In this document: positions 18,161-27,832 of the stretch, piece by piece
Layout: the number at the start of each line of letters is the position of its first letter
How positions within the stretch are numbered: position 1 is the first letter of the stretch
NCBI GenBank assembly: GCA_000002435.2
Contig: CM018792.1
DNA from: Giardia intestinalis
Lineage: Eukaryota
Length of the DNA stretch: 64,000 nt
Reading direction: 5' to 3' (one strand)
Notes under the pieces: generated by a model
Told to the model about the DNA's origin: nothing
Databases searched by the model: none
The model's input: only the letters and a program-made list of their open reading frames with translations
Position numbers and translations under genes: made by a program

Positions 18161-20323
18161 ATGTCAACATCGTCCCGTCAAAGGTCTCCACGAGACCAAC
18201 TGCCGCCTCAAATGACCGCTCCTCGAGCTAAATATAATAGAAGGCGGCGTGTAGTACACCAGAATGAAGATACAGGGCTACATATCCAATCAAACAGAAA
18301 TCCTAGCAAAACCTCACGGAAACCAAGTGTACCAGCCAGTGCAAAAGTATACACCCTCGTCCCACCTCTTGTTTCACCCCTAACGCTGATTTCCCCAGAT
18401 TTGACAAGGATCGAGCAAATGGAAGCAAGAAGACTAAGCCCTCGCACACTTTCCAGCTACTCGTTAACAAATCATCACTTTCTATTGCCACATAACAATG
18501 ACATAGCCACCAATATAATAAGGCTGTGGAATTACCTTAGACTCCCCTTTCCGGAACAGCGATATGCCATGCAGTCTTTCATAGCCAATGAATCTCTACT
18601 TTTTCCGTATCTCAAGAGGCTAACTAAGTTTTCCACTCTTCTGCGTGCTTATGATCATTGCAGCAAGGTCCGCATAGGATTGCTAGGCCGCTTCCGTGCA
18701 AACCTATATGGTTCTACTTGTCGAGATAGCATCATAGTAGACCTACTGGAGCTACGGGAGCTCACTCTTTTCATAGTCTCTTTTGATAATGAGGCAAGCA
18801 CGATATTGGGCCGACCAATCTCTTTAGCAAAGGTGCTAGGTAGGGATTGCCCCAGTTCGGAAGCTTTCTTCTTTGATGAATGCTTATTCACAGAAGAAAC
18901 CGTCGCTACCATGATGCTAGCAACCCAGTTTATCAGAACAATGAGCCTTATTCAGCTCCAAACCCTAATCAACATGTTCTTTGACAGGTGCATCAACTGG
19001 TACACTCCTGCGGACTCTCCCAGCGATCAGCTCATTGACTATGAAAAGAAGGCTCGTAAAATTGTCTCTCTCTGCTTTCTGCTGGGTTTAGTAGCAGATG
19101 CACAGTTTGAGGGAAACATCCTCCCAGCTCTTTTCATGACTCACCTGATTTCTATCAAGGGAAGGGATCTAATCGCGTTCAGGAATGAGCTGCTCTCACA
19201 ATGCAGTAGTATGGACCTTGTATCCTTGCCTACAAAGGAAGTCAATCAGCCATATGTTAATATTCCTTTGCAACCTCTCATTGGTTTAAAAAATTGCAAA
19301 ACGAGCCTTTCTGAACCAGAACCCACGCCCCATCACCCTATTGTCAACAACGATGTGGCAGAGACCATTTTGCTTACACCCAGCGAGGCTTTTCACGCAA
19401 TATTAACCGATAGGTTCCTCACAGAGATTGATGATGAGTTTTTGTTATTCTGCAACGACTTAGGGTATAGCCTTCCACTCATTCCTGTGGAGCCTAAAGA
19501 AACCTTGGTTGAAATCTATCGAGTTATCAATCCAAACCAATTTCCAAACACCTCCACAAAGAGCCCAGATGCTACGCTCATCGACATGTCTGTTCCGTCG
19601 CCTTTTGGGGTGGAGAGTATCTGGGTAAACACGCCTAACTATACAGAGTTCTCGATTGGCAATGCCTACGATCGCAGCATAGAAGGCACAACAGGGCTCA
19701 ATCCCATGCAGTTACTTGGAGAGGAGGAGTATGACTTGCTAGGGGTTTTGAACTGGCCCAGGGTACACATCACACCGTTTCTAGTGGAAGGAGCAAGCAA
19801 ACTAATGAAGAGGCTCATCGCTAACAGCATTGAACGCAGATCTAAAAGTTTACCCGCTAGATCTCCAAAAGAAAATAAACCCCAAGCAAAGAAAAAGAAA
19901 GCCCCTCATAGCTGCAAAAAAAATCTGAGTCAGCACAGTGAATCACCTCCGCCACCACCATCAATACACACTACCGCTGTGCTGCCTGGCTCTTCAAAAT
20001 CCGTCCCAACAAGACCGCGTTTTACCAGAAGGGCTGTCGTAGGTAGTACACGACAAGATCCGCCTAGTATGCATACACAAAAAAGTACTAAGTCAATCCT
20101 TACCCTAAAAGATTTGGAAAATGAGTTGACCAATCGGATTGGAGATTTAAAACTTACAAAAGAAGTTGAAAAGCATAACAAAGAACTAAGCACTCACGAA
20201 CAATCCACGGAAGATAACAAGATGATTATTAGTGCAGATCTGACTGCAATCTTCTTGGGACACAGCAGTCCAACAGATGAATCCCCTCTGTCTTCCAAAG
20301 AGCAGCTTAGAGCATCCCCATAA
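18161..20323 (+). CDS. hypothetical protein
   Basis: Track ORF 18110 starts with GTG; the first ATG is at 18161 (MSTSSRQRSP…). ~720 aa, with a basic Ser/Pro-rich C-terminal third. No domain recognised. Divergent from the RRP12-like gene. Confidence 0.4.
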   Translation: MSTSSRQRSPRDQLPPQMTAPRAKYNRRRRVVHQNEDTGLHIQSNRNPSKTSRKPSVPASAKVYTLVPPLVSPLTLISPDLTRIEQMEARRLSPRTLSSYSLTNHHFLLPHNNDIATNIIRLWNYLRLPFPEQRYAMQSFIANESLLFPYLKRLTKFSTLLRAYDHCSKVRIGLLGRFRANLYGSTCRDSIIVDLLELRELTLFIVSFDNEASTILGRPISLAKVLGRDCPSSEAFFFDECLFTEETVATMMLATQFIRTMSLIQLQTLINMFFDRCINWYTPADSPSDQLIDYEKKARKIVSLCFLLGLVADAQFEGNILPALFMTHLISIKGRDLIAFRNELLSQCSSMDLVSLPTKEVNQPYVNIPLQPLIGLKNCKTSLSEPEPTPHHPIVNNDVAETILLTPSEAFHAILTDRFLTEIDDEFLLFCNDLGYSLPLIPVEPKETLVEIYRVINPNQFPNTSTKSPDATLIDMSVPSPFGVESIWVNTPNYTEFSIGNAYDRSIEGTTGLNPMQLLGEEEYDLLGVLNWPRVHITPFLVEGASKLMKRLIANSIERRSKSLPARSPKENKPQAKKKKAPHSCKKNLSQHSESPPPPPSIHTTAVLPGSSKSVPTRPRFTRRAVVGSTRQDPPSMHTQKSTKSILTLKDLENELTNRIGDLKLTKEVEKHNKELSTHEQSTEDNKMIISADLTAIFLGHSSPTDESPLSSKEQLRASP

Positions 20324-20325
20324 AA

Positions 20326-20390
20326 CTGTTGACTGTTGGCAGTTGACAATTGACAATTGACAATTGACAATTAACAAGTAACAATTGACA
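20326..20390. repeat. heptamer tandem array (TTGACAA)n, ~9 units, 4 perfect
   Basis: Read directly: ctgttgactgttggcag ttgacaa ttgacaa ttgacaa ttgacaa ttaacaa gtaacaa ttgaca. It sits between the stop of the upstream gene (20323) and the ATG of the GPI-EtNP transferase gene (20400). Confidence 0.7.
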
Positions 20391-20399
20391 GAAAAAGGC

Positions 20400-22061
20400 A
20401 TGGTGGTGCTGGTCATAGGATTCTTTCTCTCCATATTGATGTGCACGCGCATTGACGTGTTCTTGCTGGATGGCATGCGAGAAGACTTTTTTCTCGACGG
20501 GGAAGTCATCAATAAAACATATTTCCCTCGTCTTACTGTCTCTGCCTTTCCATCTGTAAAGAAAACAGTGCTCACCGAAACACCAACGTACACAACCAAC
20601 TGTCTTCATGCCATGTATACAGGTAGGGTCACTCATCCGCTTTGCGTCCTGCTGGCACTGGCTCCATCAATGTATACCATCACTGGAGGACCAAGAGAAA
20701 AACCTCGCGTTCTCAAGCTTCTGCTGCAGAGGGGGTATAGTTTGAGTGTCAGTGGGGATGACACATTAGCCAAGATGTTCCCTAGCTACTTCAGTCAATC
20801 GCAGACAGCATACTCCTTCAGCATAGGTGACTATGACACAGTAGATAACATAGTACTCCAGAGCCTGCAAGATCTTTGGGCAAGTGGTGCAGCTGTAACC
20901 AATCAGTTCTCGGTATACCACTTTCTCGGAGCAGACCATGTTGCACACAGCGAAGGCCTACTGTCCGCTACACTACGTGAGAGGTATAACAGGTATGATA
21001 ATCTGATAGACACTCACCTGAATTTTCTTCACAATATGTGGACCAAAGGCGATCTTGATAGCTATGTTGTCATCATTCTCTCGGACCACGGGATGACAGA
21101 CAAGGGTACCCACGGCGGCTTCAGTGCAGCAGAGACTCACACTCCCTTTCTGCTATTCACGTCCTCAGAATCGCTTAGAGAAGGCCTTGAAACGCGAGTC
21201 GGTCAACTGATTCCACAGCGACACATCCTACTTCACGTTCTCTCGAAGTTATTTCTCGCAGAGACAGGAGCCGAAATTGAGATAGAAGCGACAGATGGAG
21301 CGCCTTCCAGTGCTGTTTCGTCCATAGACGTCTGTATTATCATCGCTTACACTATCTTATTAGCGATACTTTCGACAATAATTATCGCCCGTAAGCGTCC
21401 TATAAGCTCAGCAATTCTAATGTGTCAGTTTCTGTGCGCTGTAGCTGCACGGTTTGCGCACAACGAAACGGTGCCTTTGGTAATTAGCCTTGCAATGGAA
21501 CTTATTTGGAAGACTAGGTCTGATAGCAATGAAATCAACGTAAGATACGGTGGAAAGAATCCTGCGAGAAGACATAGCATGTATCGGGCTCTCCTAATTG
21601 TATCTTATGGTGCCTGGATAGCGTCTCTTGCATATATTACAAGGAGCGTGTACTCAGTAACACCAGCAGCCTTGATGTTGGTGATCCAAACCTTCAATGC
21701 CCGAGCAGAGCTGCGGCATATATTGCTGCGCCTGCTACTCAACGGTATGGGGCACACAGAACTCTTTTCATATAGACTTCCATCCATATATCTGTCAAAT
21801 AGACCCAAAAACTCGGCCAATCCTTGGAGTTGTGCAGCTTATATTTTCTTAGCCGATGGACTGCCTACAATGATCAGCGGAAGCATATATGACTTCACCA
21901 GTCTTGCTACTCTGATATTCTCCTCTCTGCTATTTCGATGGCACCCCCTCTACAACTCCATCTGCGTTTCGAGGCTAATAATGGGGATCGTGACGGCTAT
22001 TCTGAGTTTAAGCGGTGTGATTATGAGGAGAGTAGGGTCAACCTTGGGGTTCTTGAGATAG
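20400..22061 (+). CDS. GPI ethanolamine-phosphate transferase (PIG-O/PIG-G/Gpi13-Gpi7 type, alkaline-phosphatase-like) with a C-terminal polytopic membrane domain
   Basis: Track start 20385 is TTG; the first ATG is at 20400. N-terminal TM, then the catalytic core: VFLLDGMREDFF matches the lliDalRxDF metal-site motif; YHFLGADHVAH matches HFLGVDHCGH; ILSDHGMTDKGTHGG matches GDHGMTxxGDHGG. Multiple hydrophobic helices follow. Confidence 0.65.
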   Translation: MVVLVIGFFLSILMCTRIDVFLLDGMREDFFLDGEVINKTYFPRLTVSAFPSVKKTVLTETPTYTTNCLHAMYTGRVTHPLCVLLALAPSMYTITGGPREKPRVLKLLLQRGYSLSVSGDDTLAKMFPSYFSQSQTAYSFSIGDYDTVDNIVLQSLQDLWASGAAVTNQFSVYHFLGADHVAHSEGLLSATLRERYNRYDNLIDTHLNFLHNMWTKGDLDSYVVIILSDHGMTDKGTHGGFSAAETHTPFLLFTSSESLREGLETRVGQLIPQRHILLHVLSKLFLAETGAEIEIEATDGAPSSAVSSIDVCIIIAYTILLAILSTIIIARKRPISSAILMCQFLCAVAARFAHNETVPLVISLAMELIWKTRSDSNEINVRYGGKNPARRHSMYRALLIVSYGAWIASLAYITRSVYSVTPAALMLVIQTFNARAELRHILLRLLLNGMGHTELFSYRLPSIYLSNRPKNSANPWSCAAYIFLADGLPTMISGSIYDFTSLATLIFSSLLFRWHPLYNSICVSRLIMGIVTAILSLSGVIMRRVGSTLGFLR

Positions 22062-22062
22062 C

Positions 22063-22602
22063 TCAGCCGCTTAGGGAAGCAACGAGATGTCTTGCGTGTC
22101 TTGCCGCCGTGGCTGATGCATGCACACGGTCCAGACCTGAAAGGCACTCTGTTTCTTTATCAGAGACGGAGCAGTCCTGTACAGTTAGTTGTAAGTTGGC
22201 GATGGAGTAATTAGGTTGCTGAAAATCTGAATATGAACTACTTGATCTGGGCCTCACTCTATGTCTAGTGGCCGAGAAATTGTCAGTGTCATCAAGAGCA
22301 AGATTGCGGAGCACCAATGTCCGCGTGCCCTCCTTCTTCACTGCCTTCCAGCACATGCAATTATTGTATATAATGCTAACCTGATCAGTTGCAGCACTAC
22401 TCTCCTGCGGCCTATAAAGAATGTAAGTTGACCCCTCGTGGCTGGCCTCAGAGGCAGAGGAGTTCTTCAAGCATGTACCTGCTGGGGAAGTAAGTAGTGA
22501 TGACTTAGGGGAACTAGTTAACCGCTTGGGGTGTTTCTTTATTAATTGTAGCCTCTGAGCAACGATATCTGCGTCCTCGCGGAGCCAAGATCGGGCGTTC
22601 AT
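22063..22602 (-). CDS. hypothetical protein
   Basis: 179-aa ORF with an ATG start at 22600-22602. Its ATG lies only 16 nt after the DHHC gene stop. Without it there would be a 557-bp gap between convergent genes, which would be unusual in this very compact locus. No motif recognised. Confidence 0.3.
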   Translation of the reverse strand: MNARSWLREDADIVAQRLQLIKKHPKRLTSSPKSSLLTSPAGTCLKNSSASEASHEGSTYILYRPQESSAATDQVSIIYNNCMCWKAVKKEGTRTLVLRNLALDDTDNFSATRHRVRPRSSSSYSDFQQPNYSIANLQLTVQDCSVSDKETECLSGLDRVHASATAARHARHLVASLSG

Positions 22603-22618
22603 TTTTTAATTTATCTCT

Positions 22619-23560
22619 TCAATTCATCTCTTCACCCGATAAATCTATGGCTCTATTTTTCAGGGCGCTAAATATGACGCTTTCATCTGCTGTCCCGGAA
22701 GCGACTGCATTGTATGCCTCAATTAGTCGAACGTATTTTGGAGACATCTCATAGTCGTAGCCACTTCGTGTGGGCCGTATTCGAGCGGGCAGAAGGAGAG
22801 CTGCTATCATACGCTCCCCAAAAAGCTCGGAGAGATTAGTACGGAGGCCGCTAGAGTAAGGGTACGGAAAGGGGATCCCAAGGCGCTTGCACCTCTCCTT
22901 CACCCAGTGATAATCACACTCTTCAGCCCCAATCTCATTATGCAAGATTGCAGGAAGCTGAGAAACAATAATGACCATGCATGCTAAAATGTTCAAGCAA
23001 TCAATTCCTGTGCCAAGAACAAATATCCCTATGCGTATCCTTTTATCAGTCTCTGGAAGAAAGGAGTTCGTGATGAAGCTTATGATGTTTATAAGGCAGC
23101 TTGTCAGTGAGCCGAGGACACCAAAGAGTAAGAAGCGGAGGAAGTAGCCATGATTACGAAGCCCAACACAGTTTCCAATCCAGGGGCAATGGTGATCATA
23201 CTTTAGCACACATCTACCGCAGATGCTGCAGTGATGAGTCCGCATGGGACGAGCATTGTGGCATTTTCCGCAAGACGTAAATGCCTCGTCTGGTATTGTA
23301 AATCCCGGAGGAGTGAAGATTGCTAGGCAGTAACTGGAAAGGTAGACCACAGATATGTACCCCATCAATGTGTAAACAAACACCTGAGCAACCCAAGATC
23401 TATAGGAGATGGCTGCAATGCACATTGGAACCAAAATGCAAACTGCAGACAAACACAGACAGGTTCCTATGACAAATCCGTGCATGGCACAGACACCAGC
23501 CCGTCGGAGACAGCGAAATCCCAGGCAGTTGAGGCACCTATTGGGGCCCTCCTTGCGCAT
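22619..23560 (-). CDS. DHHC-type protein S-palmitoyltransferase
   Basis: ATG at 23558-23560. Canonical zf-DHHC cysteine-rich domain CGKCHNARPMRTHHCSICGRCVLKYDHHCPWIGNCVGLRNHGYFLRFL, flanked by four TM helices. Confidence 0.85.
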   Translation of the reverse strand: MRKEGPNRCLNCLGFRCLRRAGVCAMHGFVIGTCLCLSAVCILVPMCIAAISYRSWVAQVFVYTLMGYISVVYLSSYCLAIFTPPGFTIPDEAFTSCGKCHNARPMRTHHCSICGRCVLKYDHHCPWIGNCVGLRNHGYFLRFLLFGVLGSLTSCLINIISFITNSFLPETDKRIRIGIFVLGTGIDCLNILACMVIIVSQLPAILHNEIGAEECDYHWVKERCKRLGIPFPYPYSSGLRTNLSELFGERMIAALLLPARIRPTRSGYDYEMSPKYVRLIEAYNAVASGTADESVIFSALKNRAIDLSGEEMN

Positions 23561-23582
23561 GCTCCAATGAAATTAATTTCTT

Positions 23583-24605
23583 ATGGACTTCTCTGCGAAT
23601 CCTTGTGAAAGAGGCTCTACTGAGGCTGCGAACGAATGGAATCATGTCTACACACAGCACAAGGGATCGTTGTATCGAGATAGACACTGGCTATGGGCTG
23701 TTTTCCCGGAGCTTTTCCCTCTCCCTCCACACTACAAGGGAGACTTGGACACTGAAACATTTGCATGCCACTGTGGAAAGGCGACAGCCATTAGCAGTGC
23801 ATTGGTTAACGAAGTGAATATGCATGGCCTAGCTTTGAGAGCCTGTTGCTGTCCAGTCTGCGAATATAGAGTTGTGTACCAATCAACATACGTATACGCT
23901 CCCGGAAGACCTACACGTGGAGAAGAAGTTCCGTTCCCTCCTCGAACAGGACACGTCTGGGTCCTCGACATAGGGTGTGGAACCGGGAGTCTAGCGTTTC
24001 CACTCCTCGAAAAGAACTCACAGGTTCGTCTACTCTCACTAGATTACTCAGAAGAGGCCATTAAAGTCCTCAAACTGAGAGAGCGTTACAACGAAGAGGT
24101 GATCGTTGGAGAGATCTGTGACATCACAAGTCTTCAGAACTTGTCCGCCGCATGTGCACAATTGGCTACGCGATTCACTCCTTCCCCGGTCTTCTACTAT
24201 GCAACGATGGTCTTTGTTTTGAGTGCGCTGAAGGACAGCAACACCGTCAAAACAGCCATCTCTAACGTCTTATCGGTGTTAACGGACAACGGCGTGTTGC
24301 TAATCTATGATTATGCGGAAGGAGACTACCGTGAGGGAAAGTTCTCTGCAAGAGAGCAGAGCTCCCTTGACCGCTCTCCTATGGACCGAAAGAACCACTA
24401 CCTAGGAACTACATATCTGCGCGGCGAAGGCACACGGGCAACTTTCTTTTATTTGGAAGCACTCAAGGAACTTTGCTCAGAGCTTGGGGTGGTTCATGAA
24501 GCCTTGGTTCGAACGAAGGAAGAGTACAACAGAAAAACACAGGAACGATGGGTAAAGAAATATCTGTTAATTAAGGTTCGCAAATCCTCGCATGAACAGA
24601 AATAG
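23583..24605 (+). CDS. METTL2/6/8-family SAM-dependent methyltransferase (tRNA N3-methylcytidine methyltransferase type)
   Basis: WNHVYTQHKGSLYRDRHWLWAVFPEL matches the family N-terminal motif W..FY…FKDRHW…EFxEL. SAM motif I VLDIGCGTGSLAFPLLEK. FVLSAL, LLIYDY and TRATFF align to METTL6 FVLSAV, VLFRDY and TRSYFF. Confidence 0.75.
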   Translation: MDFSANPCERGSTEAANEWNHVYTQHKGSLYRDRHWLWAVFPELFPLPPHYKGDLDTETFACHCGKATAISSALVNEVNMHGLALRACCCPVCEYRVVYQSTYVYAPGRPTRGEEVPFPPRTGHVWVLDIGCGTGSLAFPLLEKNSQVRLLSLDYSEEAIKVLKLRERYNEEVIVGEICDITSLQNLSAACAQLATRFTPSPVFYYATMVFVLSALKDSNTVKTAISNVLSVLTDNGVLLIYDYAEGDYREGKFSAREQSSLDRSPMDRKNHYLGTTYLRGEGTRATFFYLEALKELCSELGVVHEALVRTKEEYNRKTQERWVKKYLLIKVRKSSHEQK

Positions 24606-24681
24606 ATAAATAAAAAGCTCCTGGATAGCACGTTCAAGCTTTACAACTAAATTTCAAAATTTTAAGTTAAGCATTTAGGAT

Positions 24682-27600
24682 ATGGCGGTGAGTGACACGT
24701 TTGAGGTTCCCAGCGGCTACGATGACCTCATCCATGTATATGGCGACAACTACTGTAATCTGTACGACGCCCTAGACACAGCCTCCAGCAAGCGAAAGCG
24801 GAAGTTTTTGCTTGAGATATTTCTATCACGAGTTGATCCGGAGATCAAGCAGAGCATCAGTCCCACCGCTACGGCTTTGATGCGTATCAATAATCAGCAT
24901 ATCCTGCGTCTCTATGACGTTTATACGGAAATCCCCAACAAGATATTTGTGACACACGAATACGCTCGAAACGGCCGGCTAATCGACTACTTGGATCATT
25001 GTTACGATATGCACAAGCATCCTGAGGAGGACACCGTCTGGAAGGTCGCTGCTGTGGTGGCCAACGCCCTTACGTCATCAAATCTCAAGAAGAAGAATGA
25101 TACAAGCGAATTTATTCATGGGCATCTGTGTCCAGCGGCTTTATTTATTACACACGAGGGCCAGGTGAAACTGGGTCACCTGGAGTACTTTAGACTCATT
25201 GGAAAAGCATCCTGCACGTTACCTATAGAGAATACTTCCCTTTACGCTGCACCAGAGACAGTTCTCCGCAAAGAATTTACCTCAAAAAGCGACGCGTGGA
25301 GCCTTGGCTGTATTCTCTATGAGCTCTGCTGTCTTGATCCAGCAATCAACCTATCTGTAGATGACGATGCAGCCAAATATTTTGCCACAGATCCCAAGGT
25401 AACGCTAGACACATCGCGGTATTCAGATGAGCTTGTGACAGTTATTCGCAAGCTGCTTGTTGTTTGTCCAGAAAAACGTATAAGTATTTCAGAGCTTGTC
25501 CTTCACCCACGGATATCAGCTGCCTTTAAATGCCTGCAGGATAACAACTTCGTTGTTTTGCCTGGATATAAGTACGTACCGCGAAGTACGCCTACGAAAC
25601 TAAGTGCAACCAATTCTCCCATAGCAGGGGTTCCCACAAAAGTTTCCATCTCCCCCAAAACGGCGCAGAAGCCACAGACTACTGTAGTTCCTACGACAAG
25701 CGCTGCCTTCCCCGTCGTTGGAAATTTATCTACTCCAACGATACCTGGGCCCGTCAAACCTGCTCCGGCTGCTGCCAAAGTGACACCGTCAGTTATTCCA
25801 CCGCCCCCACCTGCTGTGTTTCTCCCACATGCATCTACCGCACCTCCTGCTCCGGCCTCAATTTCGGCTCCTACTTCCGCCCAAGTGCCATCTATACCAT
25901 CTGTCCCGTCTGTCCCCCAAACAAAATCAAGCTATTTGGCCAGTTCTTCATCTACTTTTAAGACCACAACTAATCCCCAGGTTGAGTCCCCTCCGGCAGT
26001 CCCTGCACCGGTGCCGGCCCCGGCTCCGCCGGTTCAGTCGACCCAGCCCAAACTTCCTCGAGAGCCAACATACACCAATCTCATGCAGTGCGTAATTAAC
26101 AACAACATGACAGAGGCAGCTAAGTACTTAGATCAACGTGGCCAGACGACCGAAGAAGGAATAACGGCTCTTATGTTGGCTGCGGAACGAGGATTGACTG
26201 ATTTCATGAAGATATTGAGTAGCGAGATTCGGCAACGAGCGATTCCTAAGCAGGGTTGGGACATTAAGGATAGGTGGTACGCTGGCGCTTCTGCACTGCA
26301 CTTTGCCGCACATGGAAATCAGAAGGCGGTGATAGGAATGCTAATTGACGTAGAAGCAGATATGTGCACAGATCACGGGTATAACGCATTAATGGTGGCC
26401 GCTATGGCCAACAGCCTCGATTGCGTTCCACTCCTCGTAGAAAAACTCTCCGGGAAGACCATCAGTTTCGGTAGAGAAAAAGGGAAAACAGCGCTTATGA
26501 TAGCAGCAGAGAGTGGTCATGCCCAGGTCTGTCAACTCCTTCTCAAATTGGAGGGGTCCATGGCCTTGGACTACGATAATAAAACGGCCCTCATGTACGC
26601 AGCAGAGAACGGTCATGTGGCAGCAGTGAAGATCCTCAAGCGCAGAGAGGTCCGTCTTACTCTCAATGACAATGGAATCCTTCCAGGGGGAAGCGCGATG
26701 ATGCTTGCTGTGCTAACACGAAACGACGATGTTGTCTCCATACTGGTTGAGAATGAAGGAGGAATATTCACGAGTTCTGCGTTACCAGAGCTTAGTCCAT
26801 ACTTTGAGAAGGATATTCAGTGTCTTGTTAGACCGTTTACCGGAAAGAGCAGTTCAACAGAGGTTTCTGTCTTCAGCGACAAGGAGGCATATCGGTATAA
26901 GTTGCTTAAGAACATCTACACTATCCGGGCGGTATCTGCTATGATGCTTGCAGCACAATTAAACCTCCGAGATCTAGTCATTAAGCTGCACCGTCGGGAA
27001 GCTGGTCTGAGGCGGCCTGTGGATAAGTTAACCGCCTATGATATCATTTCGAAAGTGTACATTAATCAAAGTGTGTATGAATTAATCGATCCAAGGGTCT
27101 TTAATGCAGCGCGCCCAGACCTCACAGTGAAGGACTACCATCCTACTATGCAATTCCTTAAGTTGGAGCTCAGTGTTACGCGAGATGAGTCTCTTAACAC
27201 GGAACTTATTTTAGCAGCAGAAGCAAATGACATCGAGGCCATGAAGGCCAACCTGGTCCAGGCAGGGCTTCAGAACAACCGCGGTAAAACAGCCTTAATG
27301 GCAGCAGCAGAAAAGGGACACCTTTCCTGCGCCTCGCTGGTCATCAACAAAGAGGCAAAGATGCAGAACTCCTCTGGCTGGACAGCACTCATGATAGCAA
27401 GTATGTTTGGTAAGGTGGAGGTAGCCAAGCATCTTGTCAGCCTCGAGATAGGCATGGTCACGGTTGATGGCTGGACAGCGCTAATGGGTGCCGCTTACTC
27501 CAACAGCCCTGAGCTTGTCCAGCTTCTTCTCAAAGAGGAGGCTGGCAAGGCCACCAATGCCATGTATTATGATGGAGCAGGATGGACTGCTCTTCTTCTG

Positions 27601-27774
27601 GCTGCGAAGAGAAACAATCTTGAGTGCGTCAAGTTTCTGATTCAGCACGAGATGACCATGCGGCTGCCACCGAGTGACGGTCACCCGAAAGGTCGTACGG
27701 TTCTGGACGTATCTGGAGCCAAGATTAAGGATTGGGTTATAGCCTATGTCCGTGAGCACGTATCCAAGAGGTAA
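24682..27774 (+). CDS. NEK-like pseudokinase fused to a C-terminal ankyrin-repeat array
   Basis: The N-terminal ~290 aa has a kinase-like fold signature (…SDAWSLGCILYELC…, APE-like AAPE). It lacks a GxGxxG loop, and HGHLCPAALF replaces the HRDLKPxN catalytic loop. A Pro/Ala/Val-rich low-complexity linker spans ~25600-26050. Then come ≥10 ankyrin repeats (TALMLAAERG…, NALMVAAMANSLDCVPLL, TALMIAAESGHAQVCQLLL, TALMYAAENGHVAAVKIL…). Confidence 0.7.
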   Translation: MAVSDTFEVPSGYDDLIHVYGDNYCNLYDALDTASSKRKRKFLLEIFLSRVDPEIKQSISPTATALMRINNQHILRLYDVYTEIPNKIFVTHEYARNGRLIDYLDHCYDMHKHPEEDTVWKVAAVVANALTSSNLKKKNDTSEFIHGHLCPAALFITHEGQVKLGHLEYFRLIGKASCTLPIENTSLYAAPETVLRKEFTSKSDAWSLGCILYELCCLDPAINLSVDDDAAKYFATDPKVTLDTSRYSDELVTVIRKLLVVCPEKRISISELVLHPRISAAFKCLQDNNFVVLPGYKYVPRSTPTKLSATNSPIAGVPTKVSISPKTAQKPQTTVVPTTSAAFPVVGNLSTPTIPGPVKPAPAAAKVTPSVIPPPPPAVFLPHASTAPPAPASISAPTSAQVPSIPSVPSVPQTKSSYLASSSSTFKTTTNPQVESPPAVPAPVPAPAPPVQSTQPKLPREPTYTNLMQCVINNNMTEAAKYLDQRGQTTEEGITALMLAAERGLTDFMKILSSEIRQRAIPKQGWDIKDRWYAGASALHFAAHGNQKAVIGMLIDVEADMCTDHGYNALMVAAMANSLDCVPLLVEKLSGKTISFGREKGKTALMIAAESGHAQVCQLLLKLEGSMALDYDNKTALMYAAENGHVAAVKILKRREVRLTLNDNGILPGGSAMMLAVLTRNDDVVSILVENEGGIFTSSALPELSPYFEKDIQCLVRPFTGKSSSTEVSVFSDKEAYRYKLLKNIYTIRAVSAMMLAAQLNLRDLVIKLHRREAGLRRPVDKLTAYDIISKVYINQSVYELIDPRVFNAARPDLTVKDYHPTMQFLKLELSVTRDESLNTELILAAEANDIEAMKANLVQAGLQNNRGKTALMAAAEKGHLSCASLVINKEAKMQNSSGWTALMIASMFGKVEVAKHLVSLEIGMVTVDGWTALMGAAYSNSPELVQLLLKEEAGKATNAMYYDGAGWTALLLAAKRNNLECVKFLIQHEMTMRLPPSDGHPKGRTVLDVSGAKIKDWVIAYVREHVSKR

Positions 27775-27832
27775 ATTAGCATCTACGTGCTCATTCTTTA
27801 TTCTCCATCCTTGGTGTCCAGAAAAAGAAAAG

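Noticed and set aside
20340-20390. TTGACA hexamers as bacterial sigma70 -35 boxes; the heptamer array as a CRISPR-like or iteron array
   Set aside because: The window is eukaryotic (Giardia-type VSP, ankyrin and NEK genes). The units are 7 bp with no spacers, so this is a microsatellite-type array, not CRISPR or iterons.
24500-24520. GGTTCGAAC (T-loop-like) motif suggesting a tRNA
   Set aside because: It lies inside the well-supported methyltransferase CDS with no acceptor-stem or anticodon-arm complementarity around it.
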